Positions 25,801 through 36,723 of a DNA stretch of 64,000 nucleotides are shown piece by piece. This DNA comes from Takakia lepidozioides (taxonomy: Eukaryota > Plantae > Bryophyta), in assembly GCA_030704615.1 (NCBI GenBank), contig CM060732.1, positions 80,724,001-80,788,000 of the forward strand, in the 5' to 3' direction. The notes under the pieces were generated by a model. It made no database searches. It worked only from the letters and a program-made list of their open reading frames with translations, and was not told the DNA's origin. Each line of letters opens with the position of its first letter. The stretch's first letter is position 1. Made by a program: the position numbers and the translations under genes.

Positions 25801-26943
25801 CGACTCATTCTTGAGTTTGGCTGTGGTTGTGTCGTATGAATTCGCAGGTGCCTGTATGTGGGCGGGAAGGATGTCGAACCGATTTGTGTTCTCATTTGAG
25901 GGGGATACGGCCTTGTACGATTACAATTTGGCGGGCCTTCAGCGTCTGCCTCCGACTGAGGATCCCAAAAACGCAGAAGAGGACGTGGAAGGAGAGGAGG
26001 AAGATGAAGAGGAGGAAGTCCTGGAAATTTGTTCGATGCAAGGGCGCCCGAAGCCGCTTCCCCCAATGCCTGTCTTCGAGTGAGTTGCACCATAGTAAGT
26101 GTATTGGTTTCGGTTGTAGGGACCATGCAACCTGCCGATGATTCCCTGTTTGAATTCTCTAATGTACTTCATTCTATGTTTGTGCGTACACTCAGCCTTG
26201 CAGAGTCGTCCGACGAGGAGAAGCTGGGAGACTTGCTCGAATCGGACCCTGTTGCAGAGGAGGAGACAGAATCGCATCGGCCATTCTTTGCCAGAAAATC
26301 GTTTCTCGCGAGTCCCCAGAAGCCCTTTTTTCTACCAGCCTATGCAGACACGGCTGCCAAAGAAGCCATCAGGAGGGAGGATAGGCCTACTCGGTTAGAG
26401 CAATTGACATACGGGAATGAGCAGAGAATTATAATGAGGCGTGAGGCCAAACATAGAATTGTGAAAGGCAGAGTAGGGAAGTTCGTAATAGAATCCGCGT
26501 CCGAGAGCGAGGGGAATGTTGAGGACACTTTCGCACCCAGGTGGACAGTTCCGGCTGGTGAGGATGGTATTTTTGAGGGGAGGGCTTCTCAGAGTAACAG
26601 CGGTAGCGGCAGTGCAGGTTCGGAGGCAGGTGGAAGGCAGCCATCCTTGCATGAGGGCGGGGATGCATCGGACAGTGATAGCGGATCCTCACCATAGCAA
26701 AGTCTCATTTGGATCCTTTTGTTGTACAGTTCTGAAACACTTAATGAATATATTGACGATTTGAAAAATCATTGTGTTCAGACTGCTTGTCCATTCCCTA
26801 CATTTCTTCCGCCAACCAAAATCTATAATAAAAGCAGAAGAGACGCAAACTTCAGTGAAGAACCCTACAAGTAATTTATGCACACCATCGAGCCCGGAAC
26901 TTGAAGCCATGAAAACCCTGCCGTTTCTAACATTCCTATTGGG

Positions 26944-27224
26944 AAATTTGGCGCCGAAATAGCCCAGTTTGCGCCTTCGTTATATGGGCCTCAAAAATTC
27001 CACGGATGAATTACTGCACCAAAATATTGCGATGGAAGCCTTCAGCACAAGGCACTTCACCACATTCCACTTGGGTATTTCGGCGCCGAAATTGCCCGTT
27101 CTGCGCCTTTAAATACCGCACTATATCACATTTTAAGAGGTAATTTCGGTGCCGAAATACCCCGGTGGATGTCTTCAAAACACCATTTTAGCACACTGCT
27201 CTTGGGAATAACGGCGCCGAAATT
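26944..27224. repeat. Right array of the ATTTCGGCGCCGAAAT palindrome, 5 copies at 65-67 bp period
   Basis: Cores at 26950, 27015 (degenerate), 27082, 27148 and 27213. Confidence 0.92.
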
Positions 27225-27327
27225 CCTCATTCCGCATCCTGGACCAGGAGAAACAGACCCTATTACCGAGGTAAGAGGACATAACACCGTCAATAAAGGC
27301 AGGAAAATTCCAATTCCGCGGATGCCC

Positions 27328-27375
27328 GCTCATGAGCTCATAGGCTCATAGGCTCATGGGCTCATGCGCTCATGA
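27328..27375. repeat. 8-bp tandem repeat GCTCATRN (6 copies) near the right end of the palindrome-bearing unit
   Basis: GCTCATGA GCTCATAG GCTCATAG GCTCATGG GCTCATGC GCTCATGA. Confidence 0.9.
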
Positions 27376-27430
27376 AATAGTAAACCTCATGCACGTGATA
27401 TGCACAGTTTATAAAGAGTGCACCCCCCAG

Positions 27431-29208
27431 GCCTTTTGGGCTCACCAACGCACCCGCGACCTTTAGCACGCTAATGAACAGCCTTTTCCAAGAGTGGTTG
27501 GATGACTTTGTGATCGTATACATCGACGACATACTGGTGTACTCGAAAACAAAGGAAGAGCACCTGGACCACCTAAAAATGGTGTTCCAGAAATTGTGAG
27601 AAGGGAAGCTGTATATCAAAGCTTCAAAGTGCGAACTCGGGGTCACAAAAGTGGAGTTCATGGGGCATGTGATTACATAGGATGGGATCAAAATGGATGA
27701 CAGGAAGGTGAGAGCGATCTTGGACTGGGAGCCTCCGACTTCGGTCCCGGGAGTGCGATCCTTTCCTAGGACTCGCCTCCTATTACCGGAAGTATGTGAG
27801 AAATTTCGCCAAGATCGCGGGGCCGCTGTCAGACCTTCTGTGTAAATCCAAAGTTTGGGTATGGAACACCTTTTGTGGCCAAGCTTTTGCCGAGTTGAAG
27901 CAGCGGATGGCGGAAGCTCCAGTCCTCAAAATCCCGGAATTCGACCGTCCATTTGAGATTCATACGGATGCGTCGGACTTCGCAATAGGGGGTGTACTCA
28001 TGCAGGATGGACGTCCAGTGGCTTGCGAAAGTAAGAAACTGAATGATGTGGAGCGACGGTGGCCTACGCATGAGAAGGAAATAAAGGCGGTGGTGCATTG
28101 CCTTGAGCTTTGGCGCGCACTATGTTGGTTCCAACCCGGTGAAGGTGTTCACGGACAATGTCATAGTGAAGTATTTTGCTACGCAGCCTAAGTTGTCCCC
28201 AAAACAACTTAGGTGGCAAGATACTTTAGCGGTGTTCGACGTGGATATCCAGTACAAACCAGGACGGGACAATGTGGTGGCCGATGCTTTAAATAGAAAG
28301 CAGCAGCTCATGTTGGTGTACAGGGCCGAGACGACGCTCCAAAGGAAGATCTGGAAGGCTTACCGGAAGGATGAGATGGCGAAGTCCGTGATGCGGGACT
28401 TAAGGATGGGGGTTAAATCACAGTTCCACTTGCAAAATGGACTGCTTCGGTATAAGCAAAAGCGTCTCTACGTGCCGAAGGGAGGGATCAGAGATAGTCT
28501 CTTGAGAGAATGTCATGAAGGCCCGCTTGCGGGCCACGGCGGAGCCAAGCGCACCGCGGCACTCTTGAAGAAAGAGTATTTCTGGCCCAAACTGAGGGAG
28601 GAGGCCGAGGAGTATGTCAAGACATGCCAACAAAACCGGAGCGAGTACAAAAAGCAAGCGAGGCTGTTACAACCCTTGCCGATTCCAGAGGGGTCTTGTG
28701 AAAGTGTCTTGATGGATTTCATAACTGCTATGCCGCTGTCAAAAGGATTCGATGCGATCATGGTGGTGGTGGATAGGTTCAGTAAAATGGGTCATTTCAT
28801 CCCCACCAAAGAGACGGCAATGGCATAGGAGATGGGGCGACTTTACTTCGCCCACGTCTTCAAGCATCATGGACTCCCAAAGGATATTGTCTCGGACCGC
28901 GATCCAAAGTTTACGAGTAAATTTTGGAGGGCACTTTGGAAGAAGATGGGGACGAGGCTCAAGATGAGCACCGCCTTCTGACCTACGACGGACGGCCAAA
29001 CAGAAAGGGTGAATTCCGTGGTGAAGCAGATCTTGCGGAATTACGTGTCGGCAGACCAATCGGACTAGGTGGAGCACTTGGATGCGGCAGAATTCTATTG
29101 TAATAACACAAAACACTCCACAACGGGAGTTTCCCCTTTCGTATTGGTCTATGGAAAAGCACCTCTGGTGCCGACAAGTTGGGCCACCCAAGACGTTGAG
29201 GAACCGGA
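27431..29208 (+). mobile_element. Degenerate chromovirus (Galadriel-like) pol fragment: RT C-half, RNase H and integrase core
   Basis: [11 protein letters not shown] at 27432, [51 protein letters not shown] and SDRDPKF. Contains stops and frameshifts. Confidence 0.92.
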
Positions 29209-30269
29209 CACTACAACAGATCGTGGTATATATGACTGTATATATGACTATCTCGTAGTCATAAACGGTACATATGACTGCAATGACTTTAAGTCGTGCA
29301 AACCAAGTGAATACAATGAGTACAGTATGGTCGGTCATGGATGACTGCAGTAAGATGAACCAAATGATACATCTCACTGTCATGTGGTAGCCATATGTAC
29401 TTCTACCATACATGACTTAGTGTGCTACTGCAAACTGTACACGTGTCTCTTTTTAATAAGTCCAGGAGGTTTTCGTGGATGTGCGCCATATGGCGTCTCC
29501 AAAAATTGACACGTGGCATATTATGAGGAGGCCTTGCAGTCATTATCCTGACTACTAACATGCTAATATATGGACACGTGGCATCATATGATTAGTTTTT
29601 TTTTTAAAATAAATGTATTTAAAGTCATTCCCATGACTAAGCCTGTAGGAGCTCATTGCCATGTGTTTTTCCAGGATATGATACATGTCAATGTATGATG
29701 CGATGTGTAGTAGTCATGGTATGGTGCCTACTGTAAAGTGGTTTGTTGGGTTGGACGCATGGCATCAAATTAGTTGTTTGAGAATTTGGTTTTTAATATT
29801 ATTTGGAAAATCATAACCCGCCATCATTCACAAGAAAGAACAAAGTGACAAAGTGCAAAGGACATAACAGAGGCACTGAAGACAACAACAGATGTAAAAA
29901 GAGATTCTCTTAAACAACTGCCAGTCAGATTTACAAAATAACACTGCTGTCCCAAAATTTGGCTCCTCAAAACACAGTCTAAGGGCACAAGTTCATCACC
30001 CTGCACCATGTGCACTGAAAACAGAACCAGCCCTACTTTGTGTACCCCTTTAGCTATCCCTACCACAACACCCATAATCCATATACATCCTCTCCTTCGC
30101 TGGATAATTAGGGACTACTCTGAAAAGAGGACAAAACAGGCTGTAATGTATTGAAGATGAGGGTACCCGATTTTATCAACTGTGCAATTGCTGCTGTTGC
30201 TTCCTGCTACATCCACGAGGCTCCTGCACTCAACATACACGTGAGTTGCATTCATCCAATTAGCTTACT

Positions 30270-30385
30270 TGAATAATTCAACATGAAAAGGGGAGGGGGT
30301 ACATCCTTGAGCCACACCTTGGTCTATGTCATAGAAGTTAGACTTCTGTCCATTAACATTGACACAACTTTTTGGTGTGAGCATG
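30270..30385 (-). mobile_element. Short non-LTR (LINE) reverse transcriptase fragment
   Basis: KSCVNVNGQKSNFYDIDQGVAQGCTPSP matches the LINE RT GVxQGxxLSP block. Confidence 0.7.
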
Positions 30386-31145
30386 TAAATTATGGACAAT
30401 TCTCCACATCTTTCCCTTGATCCCCAGAGTGGGAGCCATAGACTGTCTCTCCACACTGTGGAGAAATGGATAATGTGCACACGGAGGAAACACACTGCAA
30501 TGCAGCAAACAAAGGCACTAGAATTGAGAGGAGGATCACCTGAAGGAAAGGTGATGAGGGAAGAACAGAGCTGAAAAATCCTGCAAAGAAGCCCAAAACA
30601 AGCACTTCTTGTGAGCAGCATTCCACCACACGAAGGATGTCCCTTTGATGGAGACACACAAACAAGAGCTGAACCACAAGGGACATGCAAGGAGGATGAG
30701 CATCATGGGCCAAAGACAGAAGGAAATGAGGACCCCTATGACCAGATTTGGAGAAGATATGATGAGGAGAGGAAGAAGAGGACAGACTTGTTCCAGCAAA
30801 AGCCAACTTGTGGGAAGCACTGAAAAGAATGGAAATTGCAGCTCTGAGTGGAATCAGCCCAATACATAGAATTCTTCCAACTGTTGGGCATGAGCAAATT
30901 AAAACCACAGAGAGTAAACACATGGCAATGTAGCAAATGAAGGCAATATTGAGGGAGAAACCACCTAAATGGCTGGAACATGAAAAAGAAGAAAGGGAGT
31001 ACTTCACTGACGAAGAGGGTGAAGGATGGAAGAGCAAGGTTGACAACTGGCTGCTTGGAAGAAAGGGGCTATGGTGGGAAATCCTACCAAGGAGACCACG
31101 ACAAACACCAAATGGGAGTGAGAATCAAGCACACAAAGAGTTGCC

Positions 31146-32425
31146 CTCTTGTTGGCCCTCTTGGATGAATCTGGACCCACACTCTATCTCTGCTCCTTCA
31201 GCTATCCATGCCTAATCTGCACAAATCATGCATTCATCCTTGTCTTGCTGCTAGCAGCTGACAATGAAAGCCTCGAATTGTTCTAGGAAACACCCAACTC
31301 AACTTATCACACCAGTTCCTATGCTCAATTGCATCTTCTATTCTCTGTAATCCAACAGGCATTCACCTTTTTGCCTTGATTGTCCCACCGTTGACTGGGG
31401 TCATAAAAGTATTCATTCCACAGCTTCTTGTGGTCTCCATTACCTATTTCTGGATTCTTTCATGTTGTCACATTGGCAGTATCATGTCAAAAGTCACTCC
31501 AAACTACAAAGGTTCACTCAACCAGCTAACTTGCAGAATTCAACATGAAAATTTAGAGCCGCTACTGATAAGAGGGAAAAACAGGGTGAAATGTGTTGAA
31601 GAAGGTGTCTTCATTAGCAGTGCCTGATTTTATCAATTCCGCCGCTGCTGCTGCAGCTTCCAGTTGACCATCTACCCATGCAGGTTTCTTGTAGCTATTG
31701 ATCCACAGGGAATCATAGGTAATCTTGTGCTTGAAGTCGGGCCCTCTTGGATGAATCTGGACCCACACTCTATTCCTGCTGCTTCAGCTATCCATGCCTC
31801 TGCATAAATCATGCATTCATCCTTGCCTTGTTGCTAGCAGCTGACAATGACATCCTAGATTTGTTCTAGATAACACCCAATCAGCTTATCCCACTAGTTC
31901 CTATGCTGAATTGCGTCTGCTACTCTCTGTAATCTAACAGACATTCACCTTTTTGCCTCGTTTGTCCCACCATTGACTGGGATCAGAAAAGTATTCATGA
32001 ACCACAGCTTCTCCTCATCTCTGTTACCTGTTTTTGGATACTTGAACTTGTTGTCGCATTGGCAGTATCATGTCAGTCACTCCAAACTATCAATGGTTCA
32101 CTCAACCAGCTAAGTTGCAGAATTCAACATGAAAATTTAGTGCCGACTCTGATAAGAGGGAAAAACAGGGTGAAATGTATTGAAGAAGGTGCCTTCATTA
32201 GCAAATGCCTGATTTTATCAATTGTGCCGCTGCTGATGCGGCTTCCACTTGACCATCTGTTTCTTGTACTTATCCTTCCACAGGGAATTATGATAGGTAA
32301 TCTGGAGCTTGAAACCCGGCCCTCTTAGATGAATCTGGACCCCCACTCTATCCCTGCTCCTTCACCTGTCAATGCCTCTGCACAAATCATGCATACATCC
32401 TTGCCTTGCTGCTAGCAGCTGACAT
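31146..32425 (-). pseudogene. Tandem ~580-bp units, each encoding an intron-split OSB-type PDF motif
   Basis: Units recur at about 31154, 31739 and 32318. Minus strand reads KKLWNEYFYDPSQRWDNQGKK|GT intron AG|IHPRGPDFKHKITYDSLWINSYKKPAWVDGQL. Confidence 0.8.
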
Positions 32426-32679
32426 GGAAGTAAATCTAACTTCTAATCGATGCCTGTTGCAGGTATATTTCATTGCAACATTAGGAGAGTTGACAAGGGT
32501 GGATGCTGTAACCAAGGCACCACTCATCCATCACTTTTTCAGAGGCAATTGCTAGGCTTGTGACTATCACATGCTTTGGGCAGCAAGAACAGTTTTCCCT
32601 GGCCAACATTGAACATGTGGATTCTAGTCTACACATGGACTTTCACAACAATGCAGCCAATGAATGGATTGGTTACCGG

Positions 32680-35044
32680 TTGTGTTTAGAATGATATCTG
32701 GTACAATTCCGGCTTTGATGATATCCCCGTGCACCTCTTTGCCCTTGTCCCGGGCTTCACCCCTACCCCCATCATTTGCTCATAGGTCTCCAAAGCCTCC
32801 ATCCCACGTCCCTGCCATGCATACCCTGCAAGCATCGCACTCCACGACACCACATCTCGTTCAGCCATAGTGTTGAACATTCCCTTTGCATCCTCGATGC
32901 ACCCACATTTTGCATACATGTCCACCAGGGTATTGTTCAAAATGACATTTGGTACAATTCCAGCTCTGAAGATGTCGCCATGGACCTCTTTCCCTTTTTC
33001 CAGAGCTGCCAGGGCAGTGTTCCGAATGACATTTGGTACAATTCCAGCTTTGATGATATCCCCATGCACCTCTTTGCCCTTCTCCAGGGCTGCCAGACTT
33101 GCACAAGCATTGCAAATGCACACAACATGATGTGGCCGGGCTTCACCCCTTCCCCCATCATTTGCTCATAGGTCTCCAAAGACTCCATCCCATGTCCCTG
33201 CAAGCATCGCACTCCACAACACCACATCTCGTTCAGCCATAGTGTTGAACACTTCATTTGCATCCTCGATGCACCCACATTTTGCATACATGTCCACCAG
33301 GGTATTGTTCAGAATGACATTTGGTACAATTCCAGCTCTGAAAATGTCGCCATGGACCTCTTTCCCCTTTTCCAGAGCTGCCAGGGCAATGTTCATGATG
33401 ACATTTGGTACAATTCCAGCTTTGATGATATCCCCATGCACCTCTTTGCCCTTGTCCAGGCTCGATGCACCCACATTTTGCATACATGTCCACCAGGGTA
33501 TGGTTCAGAATGATATTTGGTACAATTCCAGCTCGGAAGATGTCACCATGGACCTCTTTCCCCTTTTCCAGAGCTGCCAGGGCAGTGTTCCAAATGACAT
33601 TTGGTACAATTCCAGCTTTGATGATATCCCCATGCACCTCTTTGCCCTTCTCCAGGCTGCCAGACTTGCACAAACATTGCAAATGCACACAAACACCCCA
33701 TCATTTGATCATAGGTCTCCAAAGCCTCCATCCCACGTCCCTGCTGTGCATTGTGCATACCCTGCAAGCATCGCACTCCACGACGTCACTACATCTCGTT
33801 CAGCCATATGTCGAAAACTCCCTTTGCATCCTCAATGCATCCACATTTGGCATACATGTCCAGATCAGGGCAGTGTTCAGAATGACATCTGGTGCAATTC
33901 CAGCTTTGACCGATGTCACCATGGACCTCGTTCCCCTTTTCCAGGCTTGCAAACACATACAAACGCGATGTGGTTGGGTTTCACCCCCTCGCGCATCATT
34001 TGCTCACAGGTCTCCATAGCATTCGTACCACGCCCATGCTTGGTAATCCTGCCAACATTATATTCCACGTGATCAAAGATCGTTGAGGCATTCTATGTTG
34101 AACACTTGGTGATCATCGATGATGCTCCCCTTAACATACATGTTGACAACGTTGTTGAGTAGAAAAACATTCGGTGTGAATCCACTTTGGACAATGTGAG
34201 TGTGCACCTGCTTTCCAAACATGTTCACCAGGGTATTGTTCAGAATGACATCTGGTACAATTCCAGCTCTGAAGATGTCGCCATGGACCCCTTTCCCCTT
34301 TTCCAAAGCTGCCAGGGCAGTGTTCAAATTGACATTTGGCACAATTCCAGCTTTGATGTCCCCATGCACCTATTGCCCTTCTCTAGGGCTGCCAGGCTTG
34401 CACAAGCATTGCAAATGCACACAAACATGATGTGCTTCCCCCATCCTTTGCTCATAGGTCTCCAAAGCCTCCATCCCACGTCCCTACCGTGCATACCCTG
34501 CAAGCATCGCACTCCACGACACCACATCTCGTTCAACCATAGTGTCGAACACTCCTTTTGCATCCTAAATGCACCCACATTTTGCATACATGTCCACTAG
34601 GGTATGGTTCAGAATGACATTTGGTACAATTCCAGCTCTGAAGATGTCGCCATGGACCTCTTTCCACTTTTCCAGAGCTACCAGGGCAGTGTTCATAATG
34701 ACATTTGGTACAATTCCAGCTCTGAAGATGTTGCCATGGACCTCTTTCCCCTTTTCCAAAGTTGCCAGGGCAGTGTTCATAATGACATTTGGTACAATTC
34801 CAGCTTTGATGATACCCCATGCACCTCTTTGCCTTTGTCCAGGCTTGATGCACCCACATTTTGCATACATGTCCACCAGGGTATGGTTCAGAATGACATT
34901 TGGTACAATTCCAGCTCTGAAGATGTCGCCAAGGACCTCTTTCCCCTTTTCCAGAGCTGCCAGGGCAGTGTTTTGAATGACATTTGGTACAATTCCAGCT
35001 TTGATGATATCCCCATGCACCTCTTTGCCTTTGTCTAGGGCTGC
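32680..35044 (-). pseudogene. Scrambled tandem array of PLS-class PPR motif fragments
   Basis: Repeated [48 protein letters not shown]...RDVVSWSAMLAGYA with many frameshifts. It continues at 49052 after the CACTA insertion. Confidence 0.93.
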
Positions 35045-36723
35045 CACTACAACAGATTGCGGCTTTTATGACTCCCATGGGTGCGCAGTCACGACCAATT
35101 TGTGGCAGAAATGCCATTTGCAGTCGTAAATGCCTTTTGAAGTCATAACATAGATCACGACGAAGCCCGTTATGCGACTGTATGACTCCGAACTTTGCGC
35201 AACACAGGTCAAACACCCTTTGACCAGGAATATTGCCATGGTGGATATGACTACCAGTCAGGGTCATGCCCATATGTGAATGACGTGTGCATATTGCTAG
35301 ACGGACATATGACTTCATGACTGCCACTCTAATGTATTCTGCCAGATCATCACATGTCGTCATGACATGGAGAGTCTGTGACATGGAACAACTTATGAGG
35401 TGTCTACAAATGATTGGTTAAGTGGATTTGATATTGTGGTGCGGGGGATGCAAGTGAAGGGAACGGTTGCACACGAAGCAGCTTAGTAGGCCGTTGGCGC
35501 TTTGTGGAGAAGAATGGAACGTGAAGCCAACATGCTAGAGAGGCGATCTGGAACCGCATCTGTTTGTGACGTTACGTTCAAATGGCGGCGTGCATTTTAG
35601 TGTTTGTTGATCGCCGACAACATCAAAAGCAAGCCTCATACTGCGGAATGACAGACGAACAAATGATGCATTCAGGGGATAGATAAATTCATGCAAATCA
35701 AAAAATTCACTCATGAGAGTGATGCAAAACATGGGCTCAACAAAAGTCTTTGGGCAGTGACCAAGAACACCAACAAAATATGAAATCCAATACACTCTAA
35801 CATATCGCCTTGTGCATGTCGTCCCTGTAGTAGGCCATCCCGGAGCTCCACGCCGTGTGCTACTGGAATAGAAGCTTGGCAATACGGTCTGTTCCGATCC
35901 ACCCACTTTGCCATGGGGGGGTTTTCTAAGAATGGGAGAGCCCATGAATTCAGCTTCTTGTATGATAAAACAACTGAGATAACAGCTCATGTTGTTCTCT
36001 CTAATGTACATATCCCCAATGACCTGCCCCAAGCTAGAACAGCAGCAGGATGACATCAGGGAATAATGATGTGGTGCAAGGCATGGAACACCTGCAGGGC
36101 AGCAACATTGTAGTGTTGAATGTACTGCACCCTGCTTGAGCCATTCACAGATGGGGGACTATACAAGTGAGTCACATGGTGTTAGCTGGGGCATGAGAGA
36201 AACTGCCCATAAAATGCATCTACGCAAATAACCCACTCAACCAGCCAGAGCATCATCTATGCGGATTGCCAGATTCTTTTGGGGAAAAATGAAAATATGA
36301 TAAGTAGGGACCAAGCTTAAAAGCACTCCATTGGTATTCAATGGTCCATAAACACGAGCCTGCCCAATATAAGACCCACAAAATCACTGGGGCAATTATG
36401 TAATGTAAACTGGAAGGCACATGCACTTTGTCAACAATGTACCCAAAGGCAGAACTGATGTGTAAATTTGCATGCCGTTCCAAAGTCTATAGTGACATAA
36501 ATGTCATGACACGTTGCCAGACAGACACGCCATGTAAGTTGGACACCTCCAACACCCTGCAAAAAGGACACCCCCAAGGGCAACCCTTAGTGCCAGTCTT
36601 ATGAATCCCACATTATTCATGAATCAACCGGGATTACATATTCAATTTTGCCCAATACCACCCTTCATATACTTGAGATAGAGGAAGGCAGTTGGGGGGG
36701 AAAGTCATACCTCATTCTAGGTA

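Larger units (their letters stand above)
8689..26697 (+). pseudogene. Spliced gene: ParB/Sulfiredoxin-like N-terminal domain, low-complexity linker, beta-class N6A/N4C DNA methyltransferase-like domain and acidic tail; disrupted
   Basis: In-frame GT-AG junctions at 9698/22944, 23133/23225, 23509/23594, 23713/23794, 24008/24232, 25368/25465 and 25726/25848. Motifs FFVWDGNRRMLAW (about 9535-9573), IDMILVDIPDG (25093-25125) and VLDVTANTGACMWAGRMSNRFVFSFEGD (25702-25906, spliced). TAG stops at 23684 and 25126; a TGA at 9016; frameshifts at about 9050-9470 and 25080. Confidence 0.75.
7180..27430 (+). mobile_element. Putative mobile unit carrying a ParB-like/amino-methyltransferase-like gene and palindrome arrays (about 7.1 kb after removing the nested Gypsy)
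   Basis: Sharp junctions with two unrelated truncated retroelements at 7179/7180 and 27430/27431. The same palindrome clusters at both ends. No transposase, TIR or TSD is visible, so mobility is inferred. Confidence 0.55.

Noticed and set aside
7180-27430. Bacterial or phage contamination explaining the ParB-MTase-like gene
   Set aside because: The gene has multiple in-frame GT-AG introns and a plant LTR element with a TSD inserted in one of them.
32425-32680. DYW/E domain after the PPR array
   Set aside because: Only a weak LAIA resemblance; no HxE, CxxC or PG-box motifs could be read.
32680-35044. Functional PPR editing-factor gene
   Set aside because: Numerous frameshifts and stops, partial motifs and a CACTA insertion; treated as pseudogenic.
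35535-36483. Third gene inside the CACTA element
   Set aside because: ORFs 35535-36056 and 36253-36483 show no motif I can identify; cannot be supported without a search.
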